Origin: a plasmid
Sequence record: NZ_AP019754.1
DNA length: 64,000 nt
Strand: one strand, 5' to 3'
In this document: one piece after another, positions 62,088-64,000 of the stretch
How positions within the stretch are numbered: position 1 is the first letter of the stretch
Layout: every line of letters begins with the position of its first letter
Notes under the pieces: generated by a model
Database searches by the model: none
What the model saw: the letters and a program-made list of their open reading frames with translations, nothing else
What the model was told of the DNA's origin: nothing
Position numbers and translations under genes: made by a program

Positions 62088-62866
62088 TGCTGTCTCCTTA
62101 ATGCATAAACGTTGTCTTTACTGTCTGTCATCAGCTGTGCCATTCGCGCCTCATTCAGCGGAATGTCATAGGTGATACGCGCGCCCCAGGCATGAGGGGC
62201 TTGGGGATCGTGGCGGACTTTGTCAAATACCAGTAGCCGTGTCCCCAGGTTGAAGCCTTCAGTAAGATCGTGGGTGACCATAAAGACCGTCATTCGGGTT
62301 TCACTCCACAGTTGAAGCAGCAGCGCGTGCATGTCTTTGCGGATACCGGGATCCAGTGCGCCAAAGGGCTCATCCAACAACAGCACTCGCGGTTGCATGA
62401 TAAAAGCCTGGGCAATTGCCAGCCTTTGCTGCATTCCGCCGGAGAGCTGTGCCGGATATTTATCCAGCGCATTTCCCAGCCCTACTTTGTCCAGCATCTG
62501 TCGTGCCTGCTGCCGGGCCGCGCGTTTTCGGGCGCCGAACAGGCGACCCGACAAGGGCGAAGCAGGCAGTTCGAGCCCTATCGCGACGTTATCGAGTACA
62601 TTGAGATGGGGAAACACGGAATAGCGTTGAAACACGACGCCGCGGCTGCGGTCGGGTTCTGTCGCCAGTGCCTTACCATCCAGGGTGATCTCTCCCCGGG
62701 TGGGTTTTTCCTGCCCCAGCAGCAGGCGCAAAAACGTCGACTTCCCGCAGCCCGATGCACCGACCATAGAGCAGAACTCGCCCGCCTTAACCTGCAAATT
62801 GATGCGTTCCAGCACCACGTGGTCGCCGTACTCCTGCCAGATATTGTTGATACTGATAAAACTCAT
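62084..62866 (-). CDS. ABC transporter ATP-binding protein (NitT/TauT nitrate/sulfonate/bicarbonate family)
   Basis: Walker A (GASGCGKST), LSGGMQQRLAIAQAF and Walker B are present. The start is the ATG forming an ATGA overlap with the permease stop. Confidence 0.85.
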   Translation of the reverse strand: MSFISINNIWQEYGDHVVLERINLQVKAGEFCSMVGASGCGKSTFLRLLLGQEKPTRGEITLDGKALATEPDRSRGVVFQRYSVFPHLNVLDNVAIGLELPASPLSGRLFGARKRAARQQARQMLDKVGLGNALDKYPAQLSGGMQQRLAIAQAFIMQPRVLLLDEPFGALDPGIRKDMHALLLQLWSETRMTVFMVTHDLTEGFNLGTRLLVFDKVRHDPQAPHAWGARITYDIPLNEARMAQLMTDSKDNVYALRRQQ

Positions 62867-63678
62867 TCCCGGCCTCCTTCCGCCCATGGGAAACAGGCGT
62901 TGTGCAGCTTGCGCAGGCCCAGATCCATCAGCCAGGCCAGCAGCGTGATCCAGATGACATAGGGGATAATCACATCCATCGCCATGTAGCGACGCACCAG
63001 GAAAATGCGATAGCCCAGCCCGGCGGTCGCCGAAATCGCTTCGGAGGAAATTAAAAACAGCCAGGCCGATCCCAGAAGCAGCCGTACCGAGGTGATAAGC
63101 CGTGATAACAGCTGCGGCAGCACGACCCGCAGCACGACCGTCCAGCTATTGGCTCCCAGGGTTTGCGCTTTGATTAACAGTTCCGCCGGAATTTCCCGTG
63201 CCCGCTGTTCAAGATCGCGTGCCAGCATCGGCGTAATGCCAATGACGATGAGCATGACCTTCGACAGCTCATCCAGGCCGAAAACAATAAACAGCACGGG
63301 CAGAATCGCCAGCGGCGGCACCATTGAGACAACCGTCATCAGGGGTGACAGTGCGGCGCGGGACATCGGAAAAACGCCCGCGGCAATGCCGAGGCACAGA
63401 CCAATCAGCGAGGAGAGCGCCAGCCCCATGAGCAGACGGCTCAGGCTGATAAACGTATCGGCCCACAGCAGGTATTCACCACTGCGCTTATCTGGCGTGA
63501 AGGCCATCCGATCAATCGCCTCAATCATCTGCGACAGTCCGGGCAGCAGTTTGTCCTGCGGATTGGCCTCCAGCCGCACCGCTGATCCGATAAACCAGGC
63601 GGCGATGATCAGCACGAAGGGCAACAGCATTAGCGTCAGGCGCATGCCCTGGCGGGGATAGCGGTTGATGTAGCGCAT
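62863..63678 (-). CDS. ABC transporter permease (NitT/TauT family)
   Basis: 271 aa, 6 TM segments, binding-protein-dependent permease signature. Confidence 0.85.
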   Translation of the reverse strand: MRYINRYPRQGMRLTLMLLPFVLIIAAWFIGSAVRLEANPQDKLLPGLSQMIEAIDRMAFTPDKRSGEYLLWADTFISLSRLLMGLALSSLIGLCLGIAAGVFPMSRAALSPLMTVVSMVPPLAILPVLFIVFGLDELSKVMLIVIGITPMLARDLEQRAREIPAELLIKAQTLGANSWTVVLRVVLPQLLSRLITSVRLLLGSAWLFLISSEAISATAGLGYRIFLVRRYMAMDVIIPYVIWITLLAWLMDLGLRKLHNACFPWAEGGRE

Positions 63679-63702
63679 GACATGAACTCCCGTGCTCAGT
63701 GG

Positions 63703-64000
63703 TTACAACTTGCCCGCAGCGGCCAGCTTAAGATAGCTGTCGTCAAAGCGCAGTTTGCTGTTAGCACTATCGCCAACGGTGACGTTGCCCGGGAATGTCA
63801 TGCCGATAAAATCAGCGCTCTGTGCGCCCTGACCCAGCAGACCTTTGTCAAACGAGAAGTTCGCCACGCGTTGCATGGTCTTTGGCAGATCAGGCGAAGA
63901 AATAAAGGCCAATGTCTCAGCAGGCGTCCAGAACAGATGCGTTGTTTTAAGCTGAGCCTGATAGCCCGCGAGGTCGGTACCGGAATCTGCCGCCATTGCA
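63703..64000 (-). CDS. NMT1/THI5-like periplasmic substrate-binding protein of the same ABC system; only the C-terminal part lies in the window
   Basis: The minus-strand frame is open to the window edge. The C-terminal 97 aa resemble NitT/TauT-family binding proteins. Confidence 0.6.
   Translation of the reverse strand, partial: AMAADSGTDLAGYQAQLKTTHLFWTPAETLAFISSPDLPKTMQRVANFSFDKGLLGQGAQSADFIGMTFPGNVTVGDSANSKLRFDDSYLKLAAAGKL

Overview
This 64-kb window is high-GC (~55%) enterobacterial chromosome. The gene content looks like Erwiniaceae, probably Pantoea, but I cannot confirm that without a search. It is a mosaic of accessory metabolic and motility genes with no phage, IS, integrase or CRISPR signatures.

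Gene content, in order:
- **1–1437:** a 5'-truncated sensor GGDEF diguanylate cyclase.
- **2.0–4.2 kb:** a decayed stretch holding an MCP pseudogene that keeps a C-terminal NWEQF tether, a frameshifted ydcZ-like gene and another broken ORF.
- **4.2–9.9 kb:** an unusual four-gene module on the minus strand: GH15 glycoside hydrolase, NAD-type 6-phosphogluconate dehydrogenase, an extra glucose-6-phosphate dehydrogenase and a ROK/polyphosphate-type glucokinase.
- **10.6–13.4 kb:** a multiply frameshifted MarR-like pseudogene, an MBL hydrolase, a GNAT acetyltransferase, a DUF333 lipoprotein and a ChrR/YieF-type FMN reductase.
- **13.4–16.4 kb:** flagellin copy 1 (311 aa, FliA/sigma-28 promoter) sitting downstream of fliD on the same strand.
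- **17.1–19.4 kb:** a RES–Xre toxin–antitoxin pair, a KTSC protein and a secreted Cys/His papain-like hydrolase.
- **19.5–26.3 kb:** a complete pyrimidine-utilisation locus, rutR divergent from rutABCDEFG, with a sigma-54 promoter and a 13-bp perfect palindrome.
- **26.5–37.1 kb:** a putative D-amino-acid peptide utilisation cluster: a DgcN-like DUF1611 protein, a DgcA-like enolase-family epimerase, a four-gene peptide ABC importer, an S58/DmpA aminopeptidase, an M55 D-aminopeptidase and a LysR regulator.
- **37.3–39.4 kb:** a PAS-GGDEF-EAL protein.
- **39.8–44.1 kb:** a LacI regulator with two xylose-isomerase-like TIM-barrel enzymes and a Gfo/Idh/MocA oxidoreductase.
- **44.5–48.9 kb:** an opine/amino-acid-type locus: a PuuR-like XRE-cupin regulator, an FAD oxidase and a three-gene polar amino acid ABC importer.
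- **49.5–54.8 kb:** two intact MCPs flanking flagellin copy 2 (311 aa, about 88% amino-acid identity to copy 1, own sigma-28 promoter), plus a small protein coupled to the first MCP.
- **55.7–56.8 kb:** a signal-peptide-bearing lactonase.
- **57.0–64.0 kb:** a urea/guanidine carboxylase cluster: carboxylase, two DUF1989 proteins and a NitT/TauT-type ABC transporter, with no allophanate hydrolase in view.

The most interesting candidates are:
- the D-amino-acid peptide module;
- the carboxylase cluster, possibly guanidine degradation;
- the GH15–gnd–zwf–ppgK module;
- the LacI/TIM/GFO/TIM sugar-oxidation module;
- the duplicated short flagellins with flanking chemoreceptors.
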